From positions 544,394-608,393 of the forward strand of contig CBDBIB010000003.1 in assembly GCA_965205945.1 (NCBI GenBank): 64,000 bases of DNA, read 5' to 3'. The position numbers and the translations under genes are program-made. Shown in pieces: positions 30,812-41,200 of this stretch (positions within the stretch are counted from its first letter, which is position 1; each line of letters opens with the position of its first letter). Under the pieces are notes generated by a model, which did not search any database, had not been told where the DNA came from, and saw nothing but the letters and a program-made list of their open reading frames with translations. This DNA comes from Bdellovibrionales bacterium. GTDB lineage: Bacteria; Bdellovibrionota; Bdellovibrionia; Bdellovibrionales; UBA1609.

Positions 30812-32449
30812 ATGGAGCGGAGCATGAAATTAACATCGTCTTTTTTAAATAGATCTGAGCATTTAAAAGCCTTAAAGAATCAGGTGTTTGATTTATTGGT
30901 TGTTGGTGGTGGTATTACAGGGGCAGGTGTTGCACGAGATGCTGCTTTAAGAGGCTTATCAGTTTGTTTGATTGAAAAGGGTGATTTTGGAGAAGGAACA
31001 AGTTCTCGTTCTAGTAAGCTTATTCATGGGGGACTTCGTTATTTAGAGAATTTAGAGTTTAATTTAGTAAGTGAGGCATTACATGAGAGGCAAAATCTTT
31101 TGTATATGGCCTCTCATATGGTAAAGCCCTTAAGATTTTTAATGCCGATTTATAAAGGTGATAGAGTAAGCCCGTTTAAGATGAAGCTTGGAATGATTTT
31201 ATACGATTTCTTAGCAGCCTTTAATGTCCCTAAGTTTCATGAAAGTATTTCAGCAAGAAAGATTAAAGAAAACTACCCGGGGCTTAAAAGTGAAAATTTA
31301 AGAAGTGGATTTTTATACTTTGATGCTCTTATGGATGATGATCGTTTAGTTCTTGAGACTATGCGCTCAGCTGTTGAAAATGATGTAGTTGCTTTAAATT
31401 ATGTTGAATGTAAAGGCTTTGATTCAGACAAGAACTGTAAAGTATTTTGTGAAGATAAGCTTTCAGGAAATTATTTTTCAGTTTTAGGTAAACATACGAT
31501 CTCTTGTGTAGGACCGTGGACAGATAAGTTTGCATCATTAATAGATTCTCATTGGGAGCCTAGAATGAGGCCCTCAAAAGGTGTACATGTTACTCTTTCA
31601 AAGAATATTTTAAATCTTAAGACTGCTGTTGTAATGGCTGCAGATAAGCAAAGCAGGATTTTATTTTGTATTCCAAGAGAGGGTTTTGATATTGTAGGGA
31701 CTACAGATACGGATTTTATGGAGGATCCTTCTTTTGTTCAAGTAGAGAAAAAAGATGTAAACTATATTCTTGATATTTTAAAAGAGTATTATCCAGATAT
31801 TAAAATTTCTTATAGTGATATTCTTTTTACATATGCTGGAGTAAGACCTTTAGTAAATGATGGTTCAAATTCAGAAAGTAAGGTGAGTAGAAATCATTGG
31901 ATTAAAACTTATTTAGAAAATAAAGTCACATATATTTCTGGTGGGAAATATACAACATTTTTATCCATGGCTAAAGATTGTATTGATCATATTGTACAAG
32001 TAACTGAATTGGGTGAAAGGGTTAATAAAAAATCAAATTCAAGAAGGCCTTTTGTAGAGTTAAATGTACAAAGTAATAATGACTTAGCTTTGAAATTTTT
32101 TTTAAAGAACAGTCAAATAAATTGGTCTGTTAAAGAACGCAAAAGTTTTGTTTTTAGACATGGGGCACAGGCTGTTGTTTTTATAAAAAAATGGCCAGGT
32201 TTAAGATCAGAAGAGCTAGAGGCAAAAATTGCAATTCATTATTATTTTTGCGGCTCATTAACAGATTTTTACTTTAGACGAGTGCCTTATTTATTAAAAG
32301 GCCCAGCGTATTTACAAGAAACTTTACCTTTCATAGGGAAAATTTTTAAGAGTGATTTGGGTTTAAATGATGAGCAGTTTAAATTACAGGTGCTAGAGCT
32401 TAATAAAGCTGTTGCATTTGAGAACTCCTGGAGGCAGGAGACATGTTGA
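30812..32449 (+). CDS. glpD: FAD-dependent glycerol-3-phosphate dehydrogenase
   Basis: GGGITGAG.ARDAALRGL, GTSSRSSKLIHGGLRYL, GTTD and GGKYTT motifs. Confidence 0.92.
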   Translation: MERSMKLTSSFLNRSEHLKALKNQVFDLLVVGGGITGAGVARDAALRGLSVCLIEKGDFGEGTSSRSSKLIHGGLRYLENLEFNLVSEALHERQNLLYMASHMVKPLRFLMPIYKGDRVSPFKMKLGMILYDFLAAFNVPKFHESISARKIKENYPGLKSENLRSGFLYFDALMDDDRLVLETMRSAVENDVVALNYVECKGFDSDKNCKVFCEDKLSGNYFSVLGKHTISCVGPWTDKFASLIDSHWEPRMRPSKGVHVTLSKNILNLKTAVVMAADKQSRILFCIPREGFDIVGTTDTDFMEDPSFVQVEKKDVNYILDILKEYYPDIKISYSDILFTYAGVRPLVNDGSNSESKVSRNHWIKTYLENKVTYISGGKYTTFLSMAKDCIDHIVQVTELGERVNKKSNSRRPFVELNVQSNNDLALKFFLKNSQINWSVKERKSFVFRHGAQAVVFIKKWPGLRSEELEAKIAIHYYFCGSLTDFYFRRVPYLLKGPAYLQETLPFIGKIFKSDLGLNDEQFKLQVLELNKAVAFENSWRQETC

Positions 32450-32496
32450 CTATATCTTAAGTCCAGTGTGAAATGAATTAAAAAAGATGGTGGTAA

Positions 32497-33540
<1,044 letters not shown>

Positions 33541-33550
33541 TAGGTTTTAG

Positions 33551-33973
33551 GTGAGAGAAGAAAATAACTTTGAGTTAGCAGCGAAAATACTTTTTTTTGG
33601 TACTCTTGAGGAACATTTTTCTATTGAAGCAGCTAAAAAAATTATCAAAGCTGAAAATAAAAAACTTCTTTTAGAGGCCATTCATAAACTTCTTTCACGT
33701 AGAAAAGATAAAGGGGTTACAAGGGTACATCTTACTGACATTGTATTTGTATTTCCCATAGGTGTGGATCTGAGTTATTGGAGAGAGTTTAAAATAAATT
33801 GTCAAAAAGATGTATTTTGGGCTATTTTATATAAATGGATTGGTGGAGTTTCAGATCAAAATCTATGTGAGGTGCTTCAAATTTCAAAAGGAAGTCTTTA
33901 TTCTCGTTATAATCAAGGTTTAAGTAGTTTAGGTAAGCTGTTGGTTAATAGTCAGATTACATTAGGTATTTAA
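33551..33973 (+). CDS. Hypothetical protein with sigma-70 region 4-like C-terminal HTH
   Basis: GGVSDQNLCEVLQISKGSLYSRYNQGLSSL resembles ECF region 4; region 2 not recognisable. Confidence 0.5.
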   Translation: MREENNFELAAKILFFGTLEEHFSIEAAKKIIKAENKKLLLEAIHKLLSRRKDKGVTRVHLTDIVFVFPIGVDLSYWREFKINCQKDVFWAILYKWIGGVSDQNLCEVLQISKGSLYSRYNQGLSSLGKLLVNSQITLGI

Positions 33974-33975
33974 TT

Positions 33976-34338
33976 ATGAGCATGAATGATAAACCGTTGG
34001 TACAAAAAAAAATCTTTTCCTTATTTTTTTATAAAAGCAAATTGTATGAGTTTTCACAAAAGAAACTGTTTAAAACGGATCATCTAGCAATGAAGCAAAT
34101 GTCTGAAAAAATCTCTGAAGCAAAATATGAAATAGGAGGAGTGCTTCTTTCTTTAGAGTATTTGAGCAAGCTTAATGAAGTGTCATTAGAAATTAAAAAT
34201 AAAGACCATAATAGCTTAGAAAGAAAATCATCTTTATATAAAACATCAATTGTTTTATTTTTTATAGTACTAACGATTATTTTTTCTGTTTCAGGATATT
34301 ACATAGTCAGTATATTTTTTCAAGGGGATTTAAACTGA
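33976..34338 (+). CDS. Hypothetical single-pass membrane protein
   Basis: One C-terminal TM segment; operon-like spacing. Confidence 0.6.
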   Translation: MSMNDKPLVQKKIFSLFFYKSKLYEFSQKKLFKTDHLAMKQMSEKISEAKYEIGGVLLSLEYLSKLNEVSLEIKNKDHNSLERKSSLYKTSIVLFFIVLTIIFSVSGYYIVSIFFQGDLN

Positions 34339-34349
34339 ACAAATATTCT

Positions 34350-36029
34350 TTGAAGTCTTTTGCGTTTTTATGGATGTCGCTTTTTATAGTTTCATTTCTA
34401 GGTTTTTTATATATTATACTTAATCTTTTTTTTTCTGAACACTTAACCAGATCAAGCTTAAAAGATTTAAAATATATGGCTCATGTTGCAAAGCTAACAT
34501 TGTCAAAAGAACAAGAGAAGATGAAAACTTCGTTGGCTTTGCATGTAAGCTCTGAAGAATTTGTAAATCGTTTGTCTCAACGCGCTTTTAAGAAAGTAAA
34601 TAAATTTATTCAAAATTGGAAACAACTTTTAAATATAGATAATATCTGGCTTTATAATAGTAAAGGAGAGCTTCTAGAGCTTAAGACCGGGTTAGTGTCT
34701 CAGAACAGTGTTGGTCTTTTAAAAGAGAGTATGAGAAAGCTAGATTTGGGCTATGATCAAACAAGGTATGTGGCCACTAAAGATGGGTTACTGGTTTCTG
34801 TACGAAGAAAAATTATAGATCATAATTATCTTTCTCAAGGATATTTAGTAGAGGAGAAGAAAATACCATATAAAGCATTTTTAAAAGTTGATGTGGATAG
34901 TGATTTGATTGTAATGTCCTCTAAGGGCATAGTTTTTACTACAAAAAATGTTGAAATAGTTAAGAAATTTTCAAAAAAAGTATTTGCCAAAGGAGCAGGG
35001 GCGTTTGAGCTTTCATTAGAGGGGAAAACTTTTGATGTGTCTAGACTGGATTTAGCACCGGGTATAACGTTTTTCTTAGCAAAAAAGAATTTAAAAAAAA
35101 TAGTTCTTAATAGTTTTTACAAAAAATATTTGGTTTATTTTGGATTGTTGATAGTGTTTTTGATACTAGGTTTTTATTTTTCGTATTATAGACAGGTATT
35201 TCGTCCATTAAAGCAAATTAGTGAGTTTATTGTACGTGATGGAGGAAAGTTTAAAGTTGAAACCTCAATTCATGAGATAAACCTTATTGGAAAAAAACTA
35301 GAGGAAAGAATTTTTGAACTTAGTGGGGATGTTGAAAGAAGTAAACGTGGTAGAGTAAGTGATATGTCTAGACTTGTTGCTAGCGTTGCACATGAGCTTA
35401 ATAATTTTCTTTCATATTTGGGAGGCAATCTTGAGTATTTGCAAAGTGAATTAAATGAAACGAAAAAGATAGATATAGAGGAATTTAAAGCGGCTGTTTT
35501 GTCTGCTCAATCAGGTTACGAGCATATTAAAAAAATTGTTTCTGATTTAAGGGTATTTTCTTCTAAAAGAGATTTGTTGATTTCTTGGTATGATGTAGTG
35601 ATTTTAAAAAATAAAATCCAAAAAGAATTTGATAGTGTGAAGTTAAGTTTTCTAGAAGATTTACATACTTATGAGGTAAAAATAGATTTAGATAGATCAT
35701 TTCAAATTATTAAAAATCTTATTATTAATGCAGAGCAGGCGTATCAAGAGAGGATAATAAATAAGAAAGTGTTAGTTTCTTTTTATTTGGATAAGGGTGG
35801 ATTTGTAATCTCTGTTAAGGATTGGGCCGGAGGTTTTTCAAAAGAAATAAGAAATAAGATTTTTGAGCCTTTTTATACAACTAAGAAGAACATTGGAGGC
35901 GCTGGTTTAGGTCTTTCTCTCTCGCGTAATTTAGCAGAAGAGATGAATTCAGACTTATTTTTAAAAGAAACTAGTGCTGATGGAACAGTATTTTGTTTTA
36001 AATTGAAACACTTTAGAATTAAAGTGTGA
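34350..36029 (+). CDS. Membrane sensor histidine kinase (orphan)
   Basis: Two TM segments, H-box AHELNN, N-box NLIINA, DWAGG, FEPFYTTK and GAGLGL motifs. Confidence 0.9.
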   Translation: MKSFAFLWMSLFIVSFLGFLYIILNLFFSEHLTRSSLKDLKYMAHVAKLTLSKEQEKMKTSLALHVSSEEFVNRLSQRAFKKVNKFIQNWKQLLNIDNIWLYNSKGELLELKTGLVSQNSVGLLKESMRKLDLGYDQTRYVATKDGLLVSVRRKIIDHNYLSQGYLVEEKKIPYKAFLKVDVDSDLIVMSSKGIVFTTKNVEIVKKFSKKVFAKGAGAFELSLEGKTFDVSRLDLAPGITFFLAKKNLKKIVLNSFYKKYLVYFGLLIVFLILGFYFSYYRQVFRPLKQISEFIVRDGGKFKVETSIHEINLIGKKLEERIFELSGDVERSKRGRVSDMSRLVASVAHELNNFLSYLGGNLEYLQSELNETKKIDIEEFKAAVLSAQSGYEHIKKIVSDLRVFSSKRDLLISWYDVVILKNKIQKEFDSVKLSFLEDLHTYEVKIDLDRSFQIIKNLIINAEQAYQERIINKKVLVSFYLDKGGFVISVKDWAGGFSKEIRNKIFEPFYTTKKNIGGAGLGLSLSRNLAEEMNSDLFLKETSADGTVFCFKLKHFRIKV

Positions 36030-36041
36030 ACTCCGATAAGG

Positions 36042-36554
36042 ATGGCAGTGGCCTTAAATTCTGGCGTAAAAGACGTCATATTTATTATTATTTTTTCAGC
36101 ACTAATATTTTTTGGTGCATTTTTCCTATTCTCTTCTTTAGCGAAAACAAAGGTTAATAAACAGATTTCTGTACGATCTTTAGAAGAAAAGATGAATCAT
36201 AAGGTAAATGAAAGAATTCAAGTGCTACAAGCAAAAAATAAAATTTTTAAGAGCCAACTTGTTAAGACTGAGGGTGTAGGCAGGGATGAAGTTTTTGAAG
36301 AGAATTTTTCAAATACCAAATCAAAATATGAATTAGATGTTTTTCAGGGTCAGGGCTCTCAAGTTTTAGAGATTTTACCACAAAATGCATTTGAAAAAGT
36401 TCAAGCCCTTTTAGACCTTGAAGACTTAAAGGCTCTTGAAAAAAAAGAACTTCTTAAAGAGTATAAAAAGCAAATTATTCAAAGAGCTTTTAAGCAGGGG
36501 TGGGCCATTAAACTTAATGATGACTTAGAGGTGACTTCTGTAAAAAAACGATAA
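36042..36554 (+). CDS. Hypothetical protein with N-terminal membrane anchor
   Basis: 170-aa ORF with one TM segment; TTAG-N15-TCCGATAA FliA-like motif at 36013..36039. Confidence 0.65.
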   Translation: MAVALNSGVKDVIFIIIFSALIFFGAFFLFSSLAKTKVNKQISVRSLEEKMNHKVNERIQVLQAKNKIFKSQLVKTEGVGRDEVFEENFSNTKSKYELDVFQGQGSQVLEILPQNAFEKVQALLDLEDLKALEKKELLKEYKKQIIQRAFKQGWAIKLNDDLEVTSVKKR

Positions 36555-36566
36555 AGTATTATTGTG

Positions 36567-36645
36567 ACACGAATTCGAACTTTTTAAATCTGCTGTAACA
36601 TTCTATTTTTGTGGGTTTTTGAATATGAATTGATGGTTTAAAAGG
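36567..36645 (-). mobile_element. IS982 right-end remnant abutting the IS4 element
   Basis: Reverse complement closely matches about 500..576 (CCTTTTAAACCATCAAT...AATAGAATGTT.CAG.AGATTTAAAAAGTTCGAATT). Confidence 0.75.
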
Positions 36646-38140
36646 CTGACTTTTACCCACAAATCATAAGTTATTACCTGTTTTAATATCATTAAATTTT
36701 ATCATCGCCCTCCACAGAACTTGTTGGCCTGGAGGTGGGTCAGAGTTCCTTTCTAAATAACCTCCTAGTCTTGCAAACGATTTTACAAATTTTGCCAAGC
36801 TATCATTTGCTCCTAATAACCTGCCTGACTGCTCTTCTAATTTTGATAACAAAACTTGTTCCTCTTTTGTAAAACAGTGATCTGCATTTACTTCGCAATC
36901 AACTCTAGAAATCCTTGAAATCCAAAATATTCGCCAAGCTAAAACACTCCTAAACGCTACATACTTTTTGATCCTCTCTAAACTCCTTAAACGACTTTTC
37001 TCTACACTAAAACCTGATTTTAACGTCTTAAAATACACTTTTATATTCCAACGAAGTTTATACCAGTTCACTTTCTCTATAGCCTCTTCAAAATTTGTTA
37101 TTGGGATATTTGTTAAGAGTTTCTAATCAACTTGATCCTCTCGCTTAGGGCCATCTTCTTTTGCAGATACAACATAGACCTCAACGGGGGGATAATCTTT
37201 ACTCCTATGTGGAGAAGGCAGGACTGTAACTTTATAGAAGCGAATCTTTACTTTCGCAGTTCTTGCCTCTCTTTTATGAGTCTTAGGCAGATTGAGATTG
37301 TAACTGCCTACAGGAGCTGTTTTCGGGATATTATCATAAATCTTTATTTTCTTCCTTGATGTACACCTATCATGAACTCCACGAATTAAAAAGTTTGTAC
37401 CAAAACTAATACAATTAAAAAATAACTCATACATATCCCCGCACCTCGGTCACAAATGTGCACTTGCTTTTCAGCTTGAAATTCAGCAACAACTAAGTTC
37501 ACCCCCCTCAATCCAACTAAAACTTTCTTTTTCTTGAACAGGGACTCTGGTAAAGTTCTTTCCAGCTTTTCTTATTTTTCTTCTGTTTTTAGAATCACGA
37601 GACCACATTTTTTGATTCACTAAACCTAAAGGAACTCCCGTTTTACTTAATAGAGCAAGAGATGAATGTATCATTAAACCTGGTGTATCGTACTCTTTAC
37701 CATTTCGATGATCTATGTAGGACCCTAAGTATCCTGCGTTGCCTTAAAAGACTTTATTTTTTGAGAAAGTTATTTCACTTAAGTCATGTAAAATTAAAGA
37801 CATATCATTTTCATCTAGAGCATTCATTCTGTTGAGCGTTTGTTTTATGTGAGGTTTGAGAATTTCTTCAGCCTGAAAGTTGTCATTATCAAAGAATCTA
37901 TAAGCCGCCTTAGAAGATTTCCAATCTTGGCATGAAAAAGAGATAGACTCACCATTATTTTTACTCAAAGCCTCAGCAAGGTATTCAAGTCTGTGGTTAA
38001 GTCGTTTATCACCAAGTTGAGCATTTTTAAATTCATTTTTAATATTCACAAAAACTCCAATTCTTAAAATCAATTTGGAGTTTAATATTATTTTGATTTT
38101 AAAATTATAAAACCTAGACCTATTTGTGGGTAAAAGTCAG
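36646..38140 (-). mobile_element. IS4-family (IS50/Tn5-group) element with inactivated transposase
   Basis: Perfect 19-bp IRs CTGACTTTTACCCACAAAT (36646..36664 and 38122..38140); transposase split into ORFs 37744..38073, 37483..37674, 37123..37434 and 36664..37071 (LGDKRLN.R, KAAYRFF.N, ARLGGYL.R.SDPPPG). Confidence 0.92.
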
Positions 38141-38228
38141 GGTTTTAGGGCGCTTACAAAAAAGGGAACTGTCTTACATAAAGCGGATCTCTTAAAGTAA
38201 GCTCTTCTATTCATCAAAAAAAAATAAA

Positions 38229-41200
38229 TTAATAACCAGGGCTACAACGTGTAAAATTAGGTTTTTCAGCACGAGTCCAAGAAGTTAAAGTTCGGGATGA
38301 AAAACTGCCGCAATAGACAACGTTAGAAACATTCCATAAACTGATGTCTTGATCAAAAGAAGCTGCATCATAAAACATAAAGCCCATACTAGTAACCTTA
38401 GAAGTGTCCCAGTTAGAGGTGTCAGGGTTAGCTAAATCTGCATCATAAAACATAGAGCTCATACTAGTAACCTTAGAAGTGTCCCAGTCAGAGGTGTCAG
38501 GGTTAGCTAAAGCTGCACTATTAAACATAGAGTTCATAGCAGTAACCTTAGAAGTGTCCCAGTCAGAGGTGTCAGGGTTAGCTAAAGCTGCACTATTAAA
38601 CATAGAGTTCATACTAGTAACCTTAGAAGTGTCCCAGTTAGAGGTGTCAGGGTTAGCTAAAGCTGCACTATTAAACATATAGCTCATATCAGTAACCTTA
38701 GAAGTGTCCCAGTTAGAGGTGTCAGGGTTAGCTAAATCTGCATTATAAAACATCCCGCCCATATTAGTAACCTTAGAGGTGTCCCAGTTAGAGGTGTCAG
38801 GGTTAGCTAAAGCTGTATTAGAAAACATAGACCTCATATCAGTAACCTTAGAAGTGTCCCAGTTAGAGGTGTCAGGGTTAGCTAAAGCTGTATTAGAAAA
38901 CATAGACCTCATATCAGTAACCTTAGAAGTGTCCCAGTCAGAGGTGTCAGGGTTAGCTAAAGCTGCATTAGAAAACATCTTATACATACTAGTAACCTTA
39001 GAAGTGTCCCAGTCAGAGGTGTCAGGGTTAGCTAAATCTGCATTATAAAACATAGAGCTCATACTAGTAACCTTAGAAGTGTCCCAGTCAGAGGTGTCAG
39101 GGTTAGCTAAATCTGCATTATAAAACATAGAGCTCATACTAGTAACCTTAGAAGTGTCCCAGTTAGAGGTGTCAGGGTTAGCTAAAGCTGCACTTAAAAA
39201 CATCCGGCTCATACTAGTAACCTTAGAAGTGTCCCAGTCAGAGGTGTCAGGGTTAGCTAAAGCTGCATAAGAAAACATATAGCCCATACTAGTAACCTTA
39301 GAAGTGTCCCAGTTAGAGGTGTCAGGGTTAGCTAAAGCTGCATAAGAAAACATATAGCCCATACTAGTAACCTTAGAAGTGTCCCAGTTAGAGGTGTCAG
39401 GGTTAGCTAAAGCTGCATAAGAAAACATAGAGTTCATACTAGTAACATGTCTAGTTGAGCCACCATTAACAAGAGTTAAGTTATCTGCTTTATAAAACAT
39501 ATAACTAAAACTTTCCCACCCTGTGTCTCCTAATTCTGTAACCTCAATTATTTGCTCGCTATCACGAAAGTTAAGATATGGGCAGCGCCCAGTGATTTTA
39601 ACTATATAAGTCCCTGAAGATGAATAAGTATGATTTTTATCTAAATCACTTGATGAAGTAACAACTCCCGAGGTTCCATCCCCCCAATTAACCATAAAGT
39701 TATATGTATAAGAAGAATTTAACCTAAGATTTAAATTTAAATCACTACCATAAATTCTAAATTTAGCTGTAAAAGGGGTTCCTAAATTTTGTATTTCAGT
39801 GCTTAAACTAACTACATCAGACAGGTTTCCGGCTGCATCTTGTGCAACACCAGAGGCGATTGTAATTTGAATATTTCCGGTTTCATCACTGCAGTCTGAA
39901 ATCCTAATACTTGGATTAATAGTTGTTCCATTTGTTACTAAAACTGTGCAACCTGTAGTAGTTCCAGTAAGGCTGACATTGCTCTTTTCTAGGTTTATAC
40001 TACTAAAGTCTTGGCTTACAGTTATGGGAAAGTCTATAGAATTTGAACTGCTTATTATATGGCTTCCAATACTGACAATAGGGGGTTTAGTATCTTTTAT
40101 TAGATTTAAAACACCTGAAGTTTTAGAATTTCCAGCAATGTTTGTGATACTAGCAGTTAGTGAAAGTGGACCATCACTTAGGCTTGAAAAATCAATATCA
40201 CCACTAAAGCTTTTATTAGAACAAGTAATAAAGCTTGTACCATGTGAAAATGTGATAAGCTCACCATCTTCAGAACATGTTCCTAAAACCCTAAAACCCC
40301 CCTCATTAATAGAATTAATGTAAGATCCACTTAAAGAGTTTGTAATAGAAATTGTTGGATCATTGTTACTTAAAAAAGTTTTCCACACTACCCCATCGCA
40401 AAACTCCAGTTTTTTTCCTAAAGAATTATACCTTAAAGTACCCTCAGTTAAACTGTCACAAGGGGTTGTAACTGTTCCAACTTTTTTTAAAAATGTAACA
40501 GTAGATGTACTAATAGATCCTGGAGTAGAAATGCTTCCAGAGACAGAAACATCACCATTATTGTTAATAGTGATTCCTTCATCATCGCCGTCTCCACTTA
40601 AATAATTTTGGTTAAGATTTATATTTAATCGAGCCCTGCCATCTCCCATATTATCAGCACTGCTTGGTAAGTTTATAAGCCGACTTCCATCAACAGCAGG
40701 CAGTCTTAAAGAGCTATCAAGCTTAATAAGCTGATTGCTCCCTGTGCCAACATCTAATCTAGCTGTGCTAATGGTTCCTGAAGTGATCTTTTCTCCATTT
40801 AAATCTGGTATATCAGATTTTAATAAACTTAAACCCTCAACCACTCTTCCTTTAACATCAACTCTAACTTTTGGGTACGTCCCTTGGGTTACACCCGTTG
40901 GTATAAGACTAGGGTTCGGGTAGGTTCCTGTAAGATCCCCTTGAGCCTGGCTTCCTAAAAGACTTGTGTCTGTCACACATGACCATAAATAAATAGGACC
41001 TTCACTCATTTGAAGTTTTTCATTGCTTTCACAATTAGGCACTCCACCAGCATCCATTGCGTTGCCTGCATTTTTTCCTAAAGAAGCTTTTAAATAACCG
41101 TTTAAAAAGTTTGAATGTGTTATTTTTTTAAGACCACTTTGAGAAACATCATACATTAAAACACTGTCTAAAGAATCAGCCGTAGTTTTTTCTGTAGTTT

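Noticed and set aside
38385..39447. CRISPR-like periodic array (constant block plus variable block)
   Set aside because: The period is exactly 75 bp and in frame within a long ORF, the variable parts are related to each other, and no cas genes are present.
38385..39447. DGR-type adenine mutagenesis as the source of repeat variation
   Set aside because: Variable codons (TCT, CGG, AAG, GGG, TAT, AGG) differ at third positions too and do not fit an AAY template; no RT or template repeat is in the window.
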